The position numbers and the translations under genes are program-made. The notes beneath the pieces were generated by a model. That model made no database searches. It was not told the DNA's origin and worked only from the letters and a program-made list of their open reading frames with translations. Positions 10,853 through 21,510 of a DNA stretch of 64,000 nt are shown here, piece by piece (the stretch's first letter is position 1; each line of letters opens with the position of its first letter). This DNA is from an uncultured virus (IMG/VR IMGVR_UViG_3300049595_003462) (lineage: Duplodnaviria > Heunggongvirae > Uroviricota > Caudoviricetes): the IMG/VR virus record IMGVR_UViG_3300049595_003462, one strand, 5' to 3'.

Positions 10853-11667
10853 CAAAAACAGTAAAAGATGTTAAAAATTATTGGAATAGTAGACCATGTA
10901 ATATTAGACATTCAAAAAAAGAAATTGGTAGTAAAGAATACTTTAACGACGTAGAACATCGTAAATATTTTGTAGAACCACACATACCAGAATTTGCAGA
11001 ATTTGAAAAGTGGAAAGGAAAAAAAGTTTTAGAAATTGGATGTGGTATAGGTACCGATTCAATAAATTTTGCAAAAGCGGGTGCTAAATTAACATGTGTT
11101 GAGTTATCTGAAAAGTCTTTAGAATTGTGTAAAAAAAGGTTTGAAATTTTTGGTTTAAATGCCGATTTTTATTGTGCAAACGCTGAAGAACTATCCAAAG
11201 TTGTTCCAATTGAAGAATACGATTTAATATATTCTTTTGGAGTTATTCATCATACCCCAACACCACAAAATGTATTTGACGAAATTAAAAAATATATGAA
11301 CGAAAACACTGAAGTTCGTATAATGATGTATGCAAAACACTCATGGAAAACATTTGAGTTTTTCATTAGAAATGGGTATAAATTTAATTTCAACCTTAAT
11401 AAAACAATACAATATTACGCTGAAGCTCAATTAGATTGTCCTGTAGCATTTACATACACTAAAAAAGAATTAATAAACTTGTTGGAATTAGATAATAATT
11501 TTAAAATTACATCTGTTAGAAAAGACCATATTTTTCCCTATGTAATTAAGGATTATATAAAACATAACTATAATAAAAAAACTATAATTAAACTTATACC
11601 AAAATCCATTTTTAGTTATTTAGAATCTATACTTGGTTGGCATTGGTTGATAACATTTAAAAAATAA
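10849..11667 (+). CDS. Class I SAM-dependent methyltransferase
   Basis: [21 protein letters not shown]. Confidence 0.85.
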   Translation: MTKTVKDVKNYWNSRPCNIRHSKKEIGSKEYFNDVEHRKYFVEPHIPEFAEFEKWKGKKVLEIGCGIGTDSINFAKAGAKLTCVELSEKSLELCKKRFEIFGLNADFYCANAEELSKVVPIEEYDLIYSFGVIHHTPTPQNVFDEIKKYMNENTEVRIMMYAKHSWKTFEFFIRNGYKFNFNLNKTIQYYAEAQLDCPVAFTYTKKELINLLELDNNFKITSVRKDHIFPYVIKDYIKHNYNKKTIIKLIPKSIFSYLESILGWHWLITFKK

Positions 11668-11670
11668 ATT

Positions 11671-12492
11671 ATGATAACATGTAGTAACATAGGTGACAAT
11701 GGAAGATTTGGTAATCAACTATTCCAATTCGCATCTTTAATCGGAATTGGGGATAAATTAAACTATGAAGTTTTATTTCCTAAAAAAAATCTAAAACAAA
11801 TAAACATATCATCAACAAGAGAAAACAAGACTTTTGTCGCATATTTTGAAATAAATGAATGTTTTGATATTGACCAAAAATTTTTCACTGATGATTTAAT
11901 AATTGAGAAAAGAGTTAGTGAAAGATTTTTTCATTTTGATGAAAACTTGTTTAATATTTTAGACAACACGGATGTTAATGGTTATCTACAATCAGAAAAA
12001 TATTTTAAACATTGTTCAGATAAAATAATGGACATTTTAAAATTTAAAGATTCTATTATAACATCAGCAAAATCATACCTACCAAAGACAGATAAGACAT
12101 TAGTGTCAATTCATGTTAGAAGAACTGATGCCGCAGTACCTAATCCGTATCATCCATTAACAGGTTTAGATTTCTTTAATCCCGCAATAGAACATTTTAA
12201 TAAAGATGAGTACCATTTTGTAGTTTGCTCTGACGATTACGAATGGTGCAATAATGTTTGGGGAAATGACGAAAACTTTACTGTTGTTAATTCAAAATCA
12301 CCTTATGTTGATTTATGTGTTATGTCACTATGTGACCACCACATAATCTCAAATAGTTCATTCAGTTGGTGGAGTAGTTACTTATCAAAAAATAAAAATA
12401 AAAAAATCATCGCTCCAATCAAATGGCTCGGTACAGGGTATTCAACATACATTACCGATGATTTATATACAGAAAATATGATAAAATTATAA
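11671..12492 (+). CDS. GT11 alpha-1,2-fucosyltransferase-like protein
   Basis: GRFGNQLFQ, GYLQSEKYF, SIHVRRTD, NSSFSWW. Confidence 0.9.
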   Translation: MITCSNIGDNGRFGNQLFQFASLIGIGDKLNYEVLFPKKNLKQINISSTRENKTFVAYFEINECFDIDQKFFTDDLIIEKRVSERFFHFDENLFNILDNTDVNGYLQSEKYFKHCSDKIMDILKFKDSIITSAKSYLPKTDKTLVSIHVRRTDAAVPNPYHPLTGLDFFNPAIEHFNKDEYHFVVCSDDYEWCNNVWGNDENFTVVNSKSPYVDLCVMSLCDHHIISNSSFSWWSSYLSKNKNKKIIAPIKWLGTGYSTYITDDLYTENMIKL

Positions 12493-12497
12493 ACATA

Positions 12498-13553
12498 ATG
12501 GAAAATCAAATAAATCATCCTGAACATTATGGTGGAGAAGATAATCCATATGAAGCCATTAAAGTGATTGAATCTTGGGATTTAGGATTTCATCTTGGCA
12601 ATGCAATAAAATACATTTCAAGAGCGGGTAAAAAAAGTATTGATACTGAGTTAGAAGATTTAAAAAAATCTTTATGGTATATTGAAAGAAAAATACAAAA
12701 ATTAGAAGATAATGATTTTACTTTACAAGACGAAACTGATGAGTTAGATATTGACGTAAAAGACTTAACAAAAACAACATTTATTATTCCAGTTTGTGTT
12801 GAATCCAAGGACAGATATAATAACGCTGTAAGTGTACTTGGGTTTTTAAATAAAAATTTTAAAACAAATGTTATTATACATGAATTAACTAAAGAAGAAA
12901 GTAAATTAGATTTTATTAGTTCATTAAAAAACTTAAAAATAAATCACATTCTTCAAAAAGATAATTTGGATTACTACCACAGAACAAAACAATTAAACGA
13001 AATGTTAAATATTGTAAAAACACCTGTAGTTGTTAATTATGATATTGACGTTATTTTACCTGTTGACTCTTACGTTGAGTCACAAAATTTAATACTTAAT
13101 GGTAATTCAGATTTTGTTTATCCTTACGGTGATGGTGAATTTCAAAGGGAAATTTCTTTAAGTTTTAACAGGGATGAGTTTAATATAAATTTTGATATAA
13201 ATTCAATTGATACTAATTTACTAAAAACTTTTACGTCAAAATATGGTCATTGTGTTTTTGCAAATACAAAAAAATATAGAAAATGTGGTGGAGAAAATGA
13301 AAATTTTATTGGATATGGACCTGAAGACCAAGAAAGAGAAAATAGGTTTATAACTTTAAAATATAATGTATCAAGAGTAGATAATCTTGTGTATCATTTT
13401 GAACATTCAAGAACACCATTTAGTAACGGGGATAATAAATATTACGACAAAAATCATAAATTGTGTGATAAATTATTGGCTATGGACTATAAATCAATGT
13501 TAGATTATTATAACAATATTGAATATAGAGAGAAATACGATAAATTTAATTAA
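12498..13553 (+). CDS. DUF3310-like N-domain fused to galactosyltransferase-like (GT7-C-like) domain
   Basis: NHPEHY..GNAIKYISRAGKK..EDLKKSLWY, then YDIDV, GGENENFIGYGPED, YHFEH. Confidence 0.75.
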   Translation: MENQINHPEHYGGEDNPYEAIKVIESWDLGFHLGNAIKYISRAGKKSIDTELEDLKKSLWYIERKIQKLEDNDFTLQDETDELDIDVKDLTKTTFIIPVCVESKDRYNNAVSVLGFLNKNFKTNVIIHELTKEESKLDFISSLKNLKINHILQKDNLDYYHRTKQLNEMLNIVKTPVVVNYDIDVILPVDSYVESQNLILNGNSDFVYPYGDGEFQREISLSFNRDEFNINFDINSIDTNLLKTFTSKYGHCVFANTKKYRKCGGENENFIGYGPEDQERENRFITLKYNVSRVDNLVYHFEHSRTPFSNGDNKYYDKNHKLCDKLLAMDYKSMLDYYNNIEYREKYDKFN

Positions 13554-13567
13554 AACATATCAAAATT

Positions 13568-14407
13568 ATGATAGGACTAACTAATACCGAAATATTACAC
13601 CATGAAAAAGGTAGATTTGGAAATCAACTTTTTAGAATTGGTGCGGTAGTTGGAGAATCAATGAAACGTAATGTTGAATATTACATCCCAAAAGAATGGG
13701 ATCACTGCGATTTGTTTCCCAATTTAAAAAATAAAATATCAGTAAATGATATTAAACATAATGTATCATCAACACACCAAGAACCATCATTTGCATATCA
13801 CGACATACCTAGCAATTCAGGTCTTTTGGAAATAAATGGATTTTTCCAATCGTGGAAATATCTTGAGGGATTTGAAAATGAGGTAATTGAAGAATTATCT
13901 TTTTCTAAAGAAAGGATTGATAAAGCATTATCTAAAATGTCCAAAGACACAATAAAATTATGTGTTCATGTTAGGTGGGGAGATGTATATGATAGAAAAA
14001 CTGGTGGTGGTCATAAGGGTTTTGAAAAGTGGCACCCAACAATGTCACTTAACTATTATGAAAATGCAATAAATTTTATTTTAAATGAAACTAAAATTGA
14101 TGAAATTTTAATTTTTACAGATAACGAAGACACCAAAGATTTTATTTTTGGTAAGTTTGAAAAATTTGGAGTTACAGTTGTCTATTTTGATTACGACAGC
14201 GACTATATAACAGATTTCGTATCACAAAGTTTATGTCAACATTTTGTTATTGCAAATAGTACATTTTCTTGGTGGTCATCATTTTTAAGTAAAAATAAAA
14301 ATAAGATAGTTTGTTGTCCTAAAGAAGAAGATTGGTTTGGTTCGGCATACACTCAACACGATAGGAGTGCGTTATTACCAATAACTTGGAAAAGAATTAA
14401 TCAATAA
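13568..14407 (+). CDS. GT11 alpha-1,2-fucosyltransferase-like protein (second copy)
   Basis: GRFGNQLF, GFFQSWKY, VHVRWGD, NSTFSWW. Confidence 0.9.
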   Translation: MIGLTNTEILHHEKGRFGNQLFRIGAVVGESMKRNVEYYIPKEWDHCDLFPNLKNKISVNDIKHNVSSTHQEPSFAYHDIPSNSGLLEINGFFQSWKYLEGFENEVIEELSFSKERIDKALSKMSKDTIKLCVHVRWGDVYDRKTGGGHKGFEKWHPTMSLNYYENAINFILNETKIDEILIFTDNEDTKDFIFGKFEKFGVTVVYFDYDSDYITDFVSQSLCQHFVIANSTFSWWSSFLSKNKNKIVCCPKEEDWFGSAYTQHDRSALLPITWKRINQ

Positions 14408-14412
14408 GAAAT

Positions 14413-15030
14413 ATGGAAAATGTTTTAACCCCACAAGAAATGTGGGAAAGAGATAGAGGAGATGAAATTAAAATTATTGATTATCCGTTAGATTCTAATT
14501 CCCAAGTAATTGAACTTGGTGGATTTACTGGAGTATGGTCTAAAAAAATTATTGATAAGTTTAATCCAAACTTAATTATTGTGGAACCAGTCCCTAATTT
14601 TGTTTATGAGTTAACACGTAATTTTGGTGAAAATCCAAAAGTTAACATTGAAGGAGTTGCAATATCAACATCAAATAAAAAAATAAACTTGTATGTTAAT
14701 GGGTGTGCAACTTCAGAAACAATTGAAGTTTCAAAAAGAAAAATTAGTGTTGATTCGTACGACATTGGTTATTTTATATCCAAATATAATTTAAATAAAA
14801 TTGACTTAATTCAAATTAACATTGAATGTGAAGAATATCCATTACTTTTAAATTGGATTGAGACAGGATTTTTAAAAAATGTAAAATACCTACAAATACA
14901 ATTTCATACCTTTTGTGAAAATTATGAAGAAAACTATGAAAAAATATTTGAGGGATTAAAAGGAAATGGATTTGAAATCAATTATAAATATGACTTTGTT
15001 TGGGAGTCTTGGGTAAACAAAAATATATGA
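14413..15030 (+). CDS. FkbM-family methyltransferase
   Basis: VIELGGFTG, VEPV, IDLIQINIECEEY, LQIQFH. Confidence 0.8.
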   Translation: MENVLTPQEMWERDRGDEIKIIDYPLDSNSQVIELGGFTGVWSKKIIDKFNPNLIIVEPVPNFVYELTRNFGENPKVNIEGVAISTSNKKINLYVNGCATSETIEVSKRKISVDSYDIGYFISKYNLNKIDLIQINIECEEYPLLLNWIETGFLKNVKYLQIQFHTFCENYEENYEKIFEGLKGNGFEINYKYDFVWESWVNKNI

Positions 15031-16787
15031 ATTTAGATAAAAATATAATAGATGTTATTGAGAATTGGAATTTGTCATACACTGTTGGTAATTCATTGTT
15101 TCACATTTTAAATTCAAAAAATAAAGATTTTAATGATTTGGAAGAATTAAAAAAAGCTTCTTGGTTTTTAAATAAAAAAATAGATTCTTTAGAAAATTTA
15201 CCCCCAAGTAAGACTAAATTTAATAAAATTAAATTAGATGATATAGATTTTAAATGTATTAATCTAAAAAAAAGAAATGATAGAAGGGATTGGATTAACT
15301 CTCATTTACCAAAGTTTAATATAAACTATGAATTTTTTGACGCAATTGTTGATGATAATGAATATGATGTTAATTTTCCAAAGGCTTACAGTAAAGGTCA
15401 AAAGGGTTGTTTTCTTTCACACTATAAATTACTTAAAACACATGACAGTAATAAAATTTTAGGTATATTTGAAGATGATGTTGAATTATGTGAAGATTTT
15501 TTGGACAGGTTTAAGTATATTGAAGACAACTTTAATTTAGATTGGGATATATTCTTTTTATCATCGTACTACCATTTGAATGAACATAAAGATAGATGGA
15601 ACCCTTCAGGTGATTTTGAATTAACTGATACAAAATATATCCACAGAGTTTATGGCGCATTTACAACACATGCTTATTTGGTTAACCCAAAATCAATTGA
15701 TAAAATTTTAAAATTGATTGATGAAAACATTGCCGACACTTATGCAATTGACCATGTGTATTGCTCCAAAATTGAAAGTAAGTTAAATTGTTATTCTTTT
15801 ACTCCAGGAATGGCAAACCAAAGGGTTAGTCATAGCGATATTGATGGTAGTAATAAAGACCCTAACGAATTTAAATTAATTGTTGGTGAACACTATTACG
15901 TGAATAACCTTAAAGATTTTGATTATGAAAAATATTTTGAAAAATATATTTCAGAAAGAGATTCTAAAAAAATTAAATCTAAAATTTTTGATAAAACAAA
16001 AATTAAACAAGATGATTTTGACTACGACAAATATTTTGAAAAAATAAATAATAAGATATCAACAAGTATAAACAGATATGAATTTAAAAATAGTTATAAT
16101 CTAAATTACGTAATATATAACTACGATTATTTTACAAATCTTTATTACCAAAAAACTAATGTTGTAAATGAGGAATATAAAGAATATAGTAAATTACAAG
16201 AGTTAATAAGTTTGGTAGATAAATCAAAAATTATTATTGATATTGGTGCAAATTGTGGTTTATTTAGTATTCCATCCTCACTAAACGGATATGAAGTATA
16301 CGGTTTTGAACCTGTACGAATGAATATAAAATTGTTAGAATTAGGAAGAGAAGAAAACAAATGTAATAATTTTAATATTGTAAATATGGGAGTTTCTAAT
16401 AAAACAAAAAAAGAAACAATCTACATACCATATTGTTCAGACAACACATCTTTTAATAAAGATGTTGCAATAAGTAATATGTCATTTAGTAAAAATTATA
16501 TTGAAGAAACAGTTAATTGCACCACGTTTGATGATTGGATTAAAAAAAATAAAAATCTTAATATTGGATTTATTAAAATTGACGTTCAAGGATTTGAAAA
16601 AGAAGTGTTGGAGGGCATGACAGGATTTCTTAAAAATTGTAACGATGTTTACATTTATCTTGAATGGGATAAAAACTTAACAGAAAATAATGGGAATTCT
16701 TTAGGTGACATGGAAACTATTCTTATTGAGAATAATTTTGAAGTGAGAGAAACTTTAGAAAACGATAAACTTTTTTATAAAAAATAA
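15027..16787 (+). CDS. Fusion: degenerate DUF3310-like + GT25 glycosyltransferase + FkbM methyltransferase
   Basis: Start reassigned to the ATG at 15027 (ATGA overlap). INLKKRNDRR, GCFLSH, FEDD, THAY (GT25); IDIGANCG, FEP, IKIDVQGFE (FkbM). Confidence 0.85.
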   Translation: MNLDKNIIDVIENWNLSYTVGNSLFHILNSKNKDFNDLEELKKASWFLNKKIDSLENLPPSKTKFNKIKLDDIDFKCINLKKRNDRRDWINSHLPKFNINYEFFDAIVDDNEYDVNFPKAYSKGQKGCFLSHYKLLKTHDSNKILGIFEDDVELCEDFLDRFKYIEDNFNLDWDIFFLSSYYHLNEHKDRWNPSGDFELTDTKYIHRVYGAFTTHAYLVNPKSIDKILKLIDENIADTYAIDHVYCSKIESKLNCYSFTPGMANQRVSHSDIDGSNKDPNEFKLIVGEHYYVNNLKDFDYEKYFEKYISERDSKKIKSKIFDKTKIKQDDFDYDKYFEKINNKISTSINRYEFKNSYNLNYVIYNYDYFTNLYYQKTNVVNEEYKEYSKLQELISLVDKSKIIIDIGANCGLFSIPSSLNGYEVYGFEPVRMNIKLLELGREENKCNNFNIVNMGVSNKTKKETIYIPYCSDNTSFNKDVAISNMSFSKNYIEETVNCTTFDDWIKKNKNLNIGFIKIDVQGFEKEVLEGMTGFLKNCNDVYIYLEWDKNLTENNGNSLGDMETILIENNFEVRETLENDKLFYKK

Positions 16788-16788
16788 A

Positions 16789-17373
16789 ATGATAACAGAA
16801 ACAGGATATTGGACATCAGATGACACAGAAGCAATCCATGTGCATGACCCAAGCTTAGCAAATTGGATTTTAAATTACCTACAGGATGATAAGGATAAAC
16901 AATTAATTGATTTTGGATGTGGTTTTGGGGATTATCTTAAAAATTTACATAACAATGGATTCACAAACTTACACGGATTTGAAGGTGAGGTTAGAAAGGG
17001 AAGTCTAAAATTTATTAAAAATTGGGATTTGTCAAACCCAATAAAAAACTATAAAAATTATGACAATTTAAAAAATAACGCATACAACACAATTTGTTTA
17101 GAAGTTGGTGAACATATACCAAAGCAATATGAATCAATTTTTTTAGATAACATTACATCACTCACTACAAATAAAATAATATTGTCTTGGGCCATCATTG
17201 GTCAATTAGGTGATGGTCATGTTAATTGTATGAATAATGATGAAGTTATTTTAAAAATGAATGATTTAGGTTTTGACTACTTGGAAAATGATAGTATGAG
17301 TGCACGTAATTCAGTTTCACCTGCAATTGCATCTTGGTTTCTAAAAACCATAATGATTTTTAAAAAAAAATAA
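16789..17373 (+). CDS. SAM-dependent methyltransferase
   Basis: IDFGCGFG, CLEVGEHI, GQLGDGHVN. Confidence 0.8.
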   Translation: MITETGYWTSDDTEAIHVHDPSLANWILNYLQDDKDKQLIDFGCGFGDYLKNLHNNGFTNLHGFEGEVRKGSLKFIKNWDLSNPIKNYKNYDNLKNNAYNTICLEVGEHIPKQYESIFLDNITSLTTNKIILSWAIIGQLGDGHVNCMNNDEVILKMNDLGFDYLENDSMSARNSVSPAIASWFLKTIMIFKKK

Positions 17374-17375
17374 CT

Positions 17376-17756
17376 ATGATTACAATACCTGTTAGTGTTG
17401 GAGAATTAATTGACAAATTATCAATCCTTCACGTTAAAAAAATAAAAATAACTAACCTTGAAAAATTGGTGTACGTTAATAAAGAATTTGAATTATTATA
17501 TAACTTCTCTTCAGATTATTTAAACGATGAAGAAATAACAAAATTATACCACGAGTTAGTTGATACTAATTCAAAACTATGGGAGATTGAAGATATGTTA
17601 AGAATTATTGAAACTGAAAAAATTTTTAATTCAAAGTTTATTGAACTTTCAAGAAATGTATATCACACAAATGATAAAAGATTCAAATTAAAAAATGAAA
17701 TAAACGAAAGAACTTCTTCTGAAATTAGAGAAGTTAAAGAATACGTAGAATATTAA
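17376..17756 (+). CDS. Conserved hypothetical protein (DUF6165-like)
   Basis: PVSVGELIDKLSIL..LWEIED..VYHTNDKR..EVKEY. Confidence 0.7.
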   Translation: MITIPVSVGELIDKLSILHVKKIKITNLEKLVYVNKEFELLYNFSSDYLNDEEITKLYHELVDTNSKLWEIEDMLRIIETEKIFNSKFIELSRNVYHTNDKRFKLKNEINERTSSEIREVKEYVEY

Positions 17757-17758
17757 TT

Positions 17759-18823
17759 ATGAAAAAAATATTAATTCTTGGTGGCGGCGGATTTATAGGT
17801 GGTCACTTGGCAAAAAAATTAAAAGATGAAGGTAACTACGTAAGAGTAGTCGACATAAAAAGTCACGAATATTTTACACCTGAAGAAATGTGTAATGAAT
17901 TTTTAACTTACGATTTACGTGACCCAAAAAATGTGGAAGCAGTTATTAGAGTAGAAACTTACGAAAATAAAATTATACCATTTTCATATCTCAAACAACC
18001 TTATTCCGAAGTAACTTCGTTTGACGAAGTTTATCAACTTGCAGCAGATATGGGTGGTGCAGGATATATTTTTACAGGAGAACACGATGCGGATGTTATG
18101 CATAACTCGGCGATGATTAACTTAAATGTTGCTAAAGAATGTGTCGAACAAGGAGTTAAAAAAGTATTTTACTCGTCATCGGCATGTATGTATCCTGAAC
18201 ATAATCAGTTAGACCCTAACAATCCAAATTGTGAAGAATATTCTGCTTATCCCGCAAACCCAGATTCCGAATATGGATGGGAAAAATTATTTTCGGAAAG
18301 ATTATTTTTATCATTTCATAGAAACTATGGATTAAATGTTAGAATTGCAAGATTTCATAACATTTTTGGACCAATGGGAACTTGGAAGGGTGGTAAAGAA
18401 AAATCGCCAGCAGCGATGTGTAGAAAAGCTGCCGAAACACCTGATGGTGGTGAGATTGAAGTTTGGGGTAGTGGTGTGCAAACACGTTCATTCTTATACG
18501 TTGATGAGTGCGTTGAAGCGGTGTTAAGATTAATGGATTCAGAATTATCAAAACCAGTTAATATTGGTAGTGAAGAAATGGTGACAATCAATCAACTTGC
18601 AAGTATGGCAATTGCTATTTCAGGTAAAGACATAAAAATTAAAAATATAGAAGGAGAAGAATTTTTTAATAAATACGGATTTAAATGCCCTTTAGGCGTT
18701 AAAGGAAGAAATTCAGATAATAGATTATATAAAAGTGCAATTGGTTGGGAAGTAAATCAACCCTTGTCCATCGGTCTTAAAAAAACATATGAATGGATTA
18801 AATCTCAAGTTGATAACTTATAA
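17759..18823 (+). CDS. NAD-dependent epimerase, GDP-mannose 3,5-epimerase-like
   Basis: GGGGFIG, LAADMGG, SSSACMYPE, YGWEK, GGKEKSPAAMCRK. Confidence 0.85.
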   Translation: MKKILILGGGGFIGGHLAKKLKDEGNYVRVVDIKSHEYFTPEEMCNEFLTYDLRDPKNVEAVIRVETYENKIIPFSYLKQPYSEVTSFDEVYQLAADMGGAGYIFTGEHDADVMHNSAMINLNVAKECVEQGVKKVFYSSSACMYPEHNQLDPNNPNCEEYSAYPANPDSEYGWEKLFSERLFLSFHRNYGLNVRIARFHNIFGPMGTWKGGKEKSPAAMCRKAAETPDGGEIEVWGSGVQTRSFLYVDECVEAVLRLMDSELSKPVNIGSEEMVTINQLASMAIAISGKDIKIKNIEGEEFFNKYGFKCPLGVKGRNSDNRLYKSAIGWEVNQPLSIGLKKTYEWIKSQVDNL

Positions 18824-18838
18824 AAAAAACAAATTTAA

Positions 18839-19588
18839 ATGGCAAATACAAGACAAAAAAAATCACCAGTACCCACTCCTTCAATGGAAGAAGGTCACAA
18901 TAAAACAAGAAAAGAAGTAATCTGTTCAATATTAAAAAAGAAAACCAAAGAAAAATTTCTAACTCAAACACAAAAAAGATACTACGATACATTAACCTCA
19001 AGTGAAGTTACGGTATGTTCAGGTCCAGCAGGGGTAGGTAAAAGTTATATTACTATGAAAGCAGCAATTGATTTACTTGCTGATCCAAACACACCTTATG
19101 AAAAGATTATTATAGTAAGACCTGCAGTTGAGGCTGAAGAAAAATTAGGTAGTTTACCTGGTAATGTTGAAGAAAAATTAGACCCTTATATTTTCCCGTC
19201 TTATTATTTGTTAAATAAAATTGTAGGAAAAGAAATTAGAGAAAAATTAAAAGAACTTGAAATTGTTGAGGTGTTTGCATTGGCGTTTATGAGAGGTATG
19301 AATATTGATAACTCAATTTTAATTTTTGAAGAGGGTCAAAACGCAACACCAAGTCAAATGAAATTACTATTGACAAGAATTGGGTTTAATAGTAAATTCT
19401 TTATATCTGGCGATGTTGAGCAATCAGATAGATACAAAAATAAAACTCACAGTGGATTATGGGATGCAATTGAAAAATTTAGAGACGACAAATATATTTC
19501 AACATTTGAATTTAAAGATAAAAACGATATTGTTAGAAATCCTTTAATTAGTAAAATATTACAAAAATACGATAACGAAACAGAATGA
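18839..19588 (+). CDS. phoH: PhoH-family ATPase
   Basis: GPAGVGKS, RPAVE, LGSLPG, FMRG, EGQN, LTRIG, GDVEQSD, VRNPLI. Confidence 0.9.
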   Translation: MANTRQKKSPVPTPSMEEGHNKTRKEVICSILKKKTKEKFLTQTQKRYYDTLTSSEVTVCSGPAGVGKSYITMKAAIDLLADPNTPYEKIIIVRPAVEAEEKLGSLPGNVEEKLDPYIFPSYYLLNKIVGKEIREKLKELEIVEVFALAFMRGMNIDNSILIFEEGQNATPSQMKLLLTRIGFNSKFFISGDVEQSDRYKNKTHSGLWDAIEKFRDDKYISTFEFKDKNDIVRNPLISKILQKYDNETE

Positions 19589-20181
19589 GAATTGCAATAG
19601 AGTTAAATGGTGTTTTACGAGATACTTTAAAAAAAATACAACAGGAATACGAAAAATGGTATTTGGATAATCCATTCAAAGAAGACGAGGAAAAATCTGA
19701 ATATGAGGTAATTTCTGACTTGAGTAGTTTAGATATTGGTAAACACTTGAAATTTAAAGATGAAGATGAACTGTATAATTTTTTATACAAAGAACATACC
19801 ATGGAAATCTTCGGTCATGCGGGTTCAGTTGAGGTATCAAGTATGATGGATTTCAACGACTTTTATTTAGATATGAGAGATAATCATGATATTTTAATCG
19901 TTTCCGATGAAATTGGTAAATCAAAACCAGCGTCTCTATTCTTCATTTCAAAATTTGGTTGTCTTGTTGAAATGGTTAAATTTTATAGTGAACCAACAAT
20001 TAATTCAATGTGGAATTCAATAGACGTTTTACTTACAGCAAATCCTAACTTATTATTAAATCATCCTGAAGGAAAAATTGTTATAAAATATGAAACATTA
20101 TATAACAAGGATGTTGAAACAGAACATTCGATAACAAAAATAAAAGAATTACAAACAAAAATAAAAGAGCTATATGATTAA
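19585..20181 (+). CDS. HAD-like (5'-nucleotidase-like) protein with a degenerate motif I
   Basis: RIAIELNGVLRD resembles the IxIDxDGVLxD motif. Confidence 0.5.
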   Translation: MRIAIELNGVLRDTLKKIQQEYEKWYLDNPFKEDEEKSEYEVISDLSSLDIGKHLKFKDEDELYNFLYKEHTMEIFGHAGSVEVSSMMDFNDFYLDMRDNHDILIVSDEIGKSKPASLFFISKFGCLVEMVKFYSEPTINSMWNSIDVLLTANPNLLLNHPEGKIVIKYETLYNKDVETEHSITKIKELQTKIKELYD

Positions 20182-20455
20182 AGTATTAGGAGAAAACTAC
20201 TATATTGATTTAGACAAAATTGAAGAATATTTGGACATGTCTAACCAATATACTGAAGGTGAAACTTCAGGTAACACAGAAACAAGGATTAACATCATAA
20301 AATTTGAAATGGTAAAAATGTTGGTGGACACCATTTTAACTGAGCATGAAGAAATTGATGAGCAGTTAGGAATGAAATCAAGTTCAAATACAAGTATACC
20401 TTTCAGGTTAGCTTTTAATAGCTTATTAAATAAAAAACTTATAAATCATTATTAA
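20174..20455 (+). CDS. Hypothetical protein
   Basis: 93 aa operonic ORF. Confidence 0.6.
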   Translation: MIKVLGENYYIDLDKIEEYLDMSNQYTEGETSGNTETRINIIKFEMVKMLVDTILTEHEEIDEQLGMKSSSNTSIPFRLAFNSLLNKKLINHY

Positions 20456-20456
20456 T

Positions 20457-21509
20457 ATGGATACATCGTTAAACGAAAAAGTAAAACAGTCGATTCAAAA
20501 CCTAAAAGATAGAAAATCAAGAATTTATTTTCTTATTCAAGATACTAAAGGTAATGCAAAAGCTTCTGTTAGATTAATTTATCAAATGGCAAAATCGCTA
20601 TTAGATGCGGGATTTAATCCTATAATTCTTCACGAGAAAAAAGAATATGCTGGTGTTGTTGCGTGGCTTGATGAAGAATACATGTCAATTCCTCACAGAG
20701 CAATTGAAGGTCAAAATTTAGAAATTGCGCCTGAAGATTTTATTGTTGTTCCTGAATTGTTTGGGTACGTGATGGACCAAATTAAAAATTTACCTTGTGG
20801 TAAAATAGTTTTTACCCAAAACTATAATCACATTGTGGAAACATTACAACCTGGTCAAAATTGGGCTCAATATGGTTTCTTTAAATGTTTAACAACAACA
20901 ACAAAACAACAGGAGTATATTGAAACGGTTATGAGACAATCAAGTTTTGATATTATTAAACCTTTAATTACAGATAGTTTTTACCCGAAAAATGTCCCAC
21001 CAATGCCAATCATTGGAGTTCACACTAAAAATCAAGAAGATACTATTAACATTATCAAGACTTTTTATTTAAAATTTCCACAATATAGATGGTTTACATT
21101 TAGAGACTTAAGAGGACTTTCTGAAAAAGAATTTGCGAACTCATTAAGAGATTGTTTTGTTAGTGTTTGGATTGATGACGAGAGTGGTTTTGGTACCTTC
21201 CCATTAGAATCTATGGCATCAGGAGTACCTGTTATTGGTAAAACTCCAAATATTCAACCTGAATGGATGAATGATGATAATGGTGTTTGGTTAACAAACA
21301 AAACAATGATTTGTGATTTTATTGCTGACTATATTCAAAATTGGTTAGAAGATAACATCAAGACTGATCTTTATGAAAACATGAAGAAAACGGTTGAAAA
21401 CTATACTAATAAACAAGAATTTGACTCTACGGTAATTTCGTTATTTGAAAACTACCTAAACGTAAGATCAGAGTCGTTTGAACAACAAATATCTAAAACA
21501 GAAGAATAA
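20457..21509 (+). CDS. Glycosyltransferase (GT-B-like)
   Basis: VVPE, SGFGTFPLESMASGVPVIG. Confidence 0.75.
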   Translation: MDTSLNEKVKQSIQNLKDRKSRIYFLIQDTKGNAKASVRLIYQMAKSLLDAGFNPIILHEKKEYAGVVAWLDEEYMSIPHRAIEGQNLEIAPEDFIVVPELFGYVMDQIKNLPCGKIVFTQNYNHIVETLQPGQNWAQYGFFKCLTTTTKQQEYIETVMRQSSFDIIKPLITDSFYPKNVPPMPIIGVHTKNQEDTINIIKTFYLKFPQYRWFTFRDLRGLSEKEFANSLRDCFVSVWIDDESGFGTFPLESMASGVPVIGKTPNIQPEWMNDDNGVWLTNKTMICDFIADYIQNWLEDNIKTDLYENMKKTVENYTNKQEFDSTVISLFENYLNVRSESFEQQISKTEE

Positions 21510-21510
21510 T

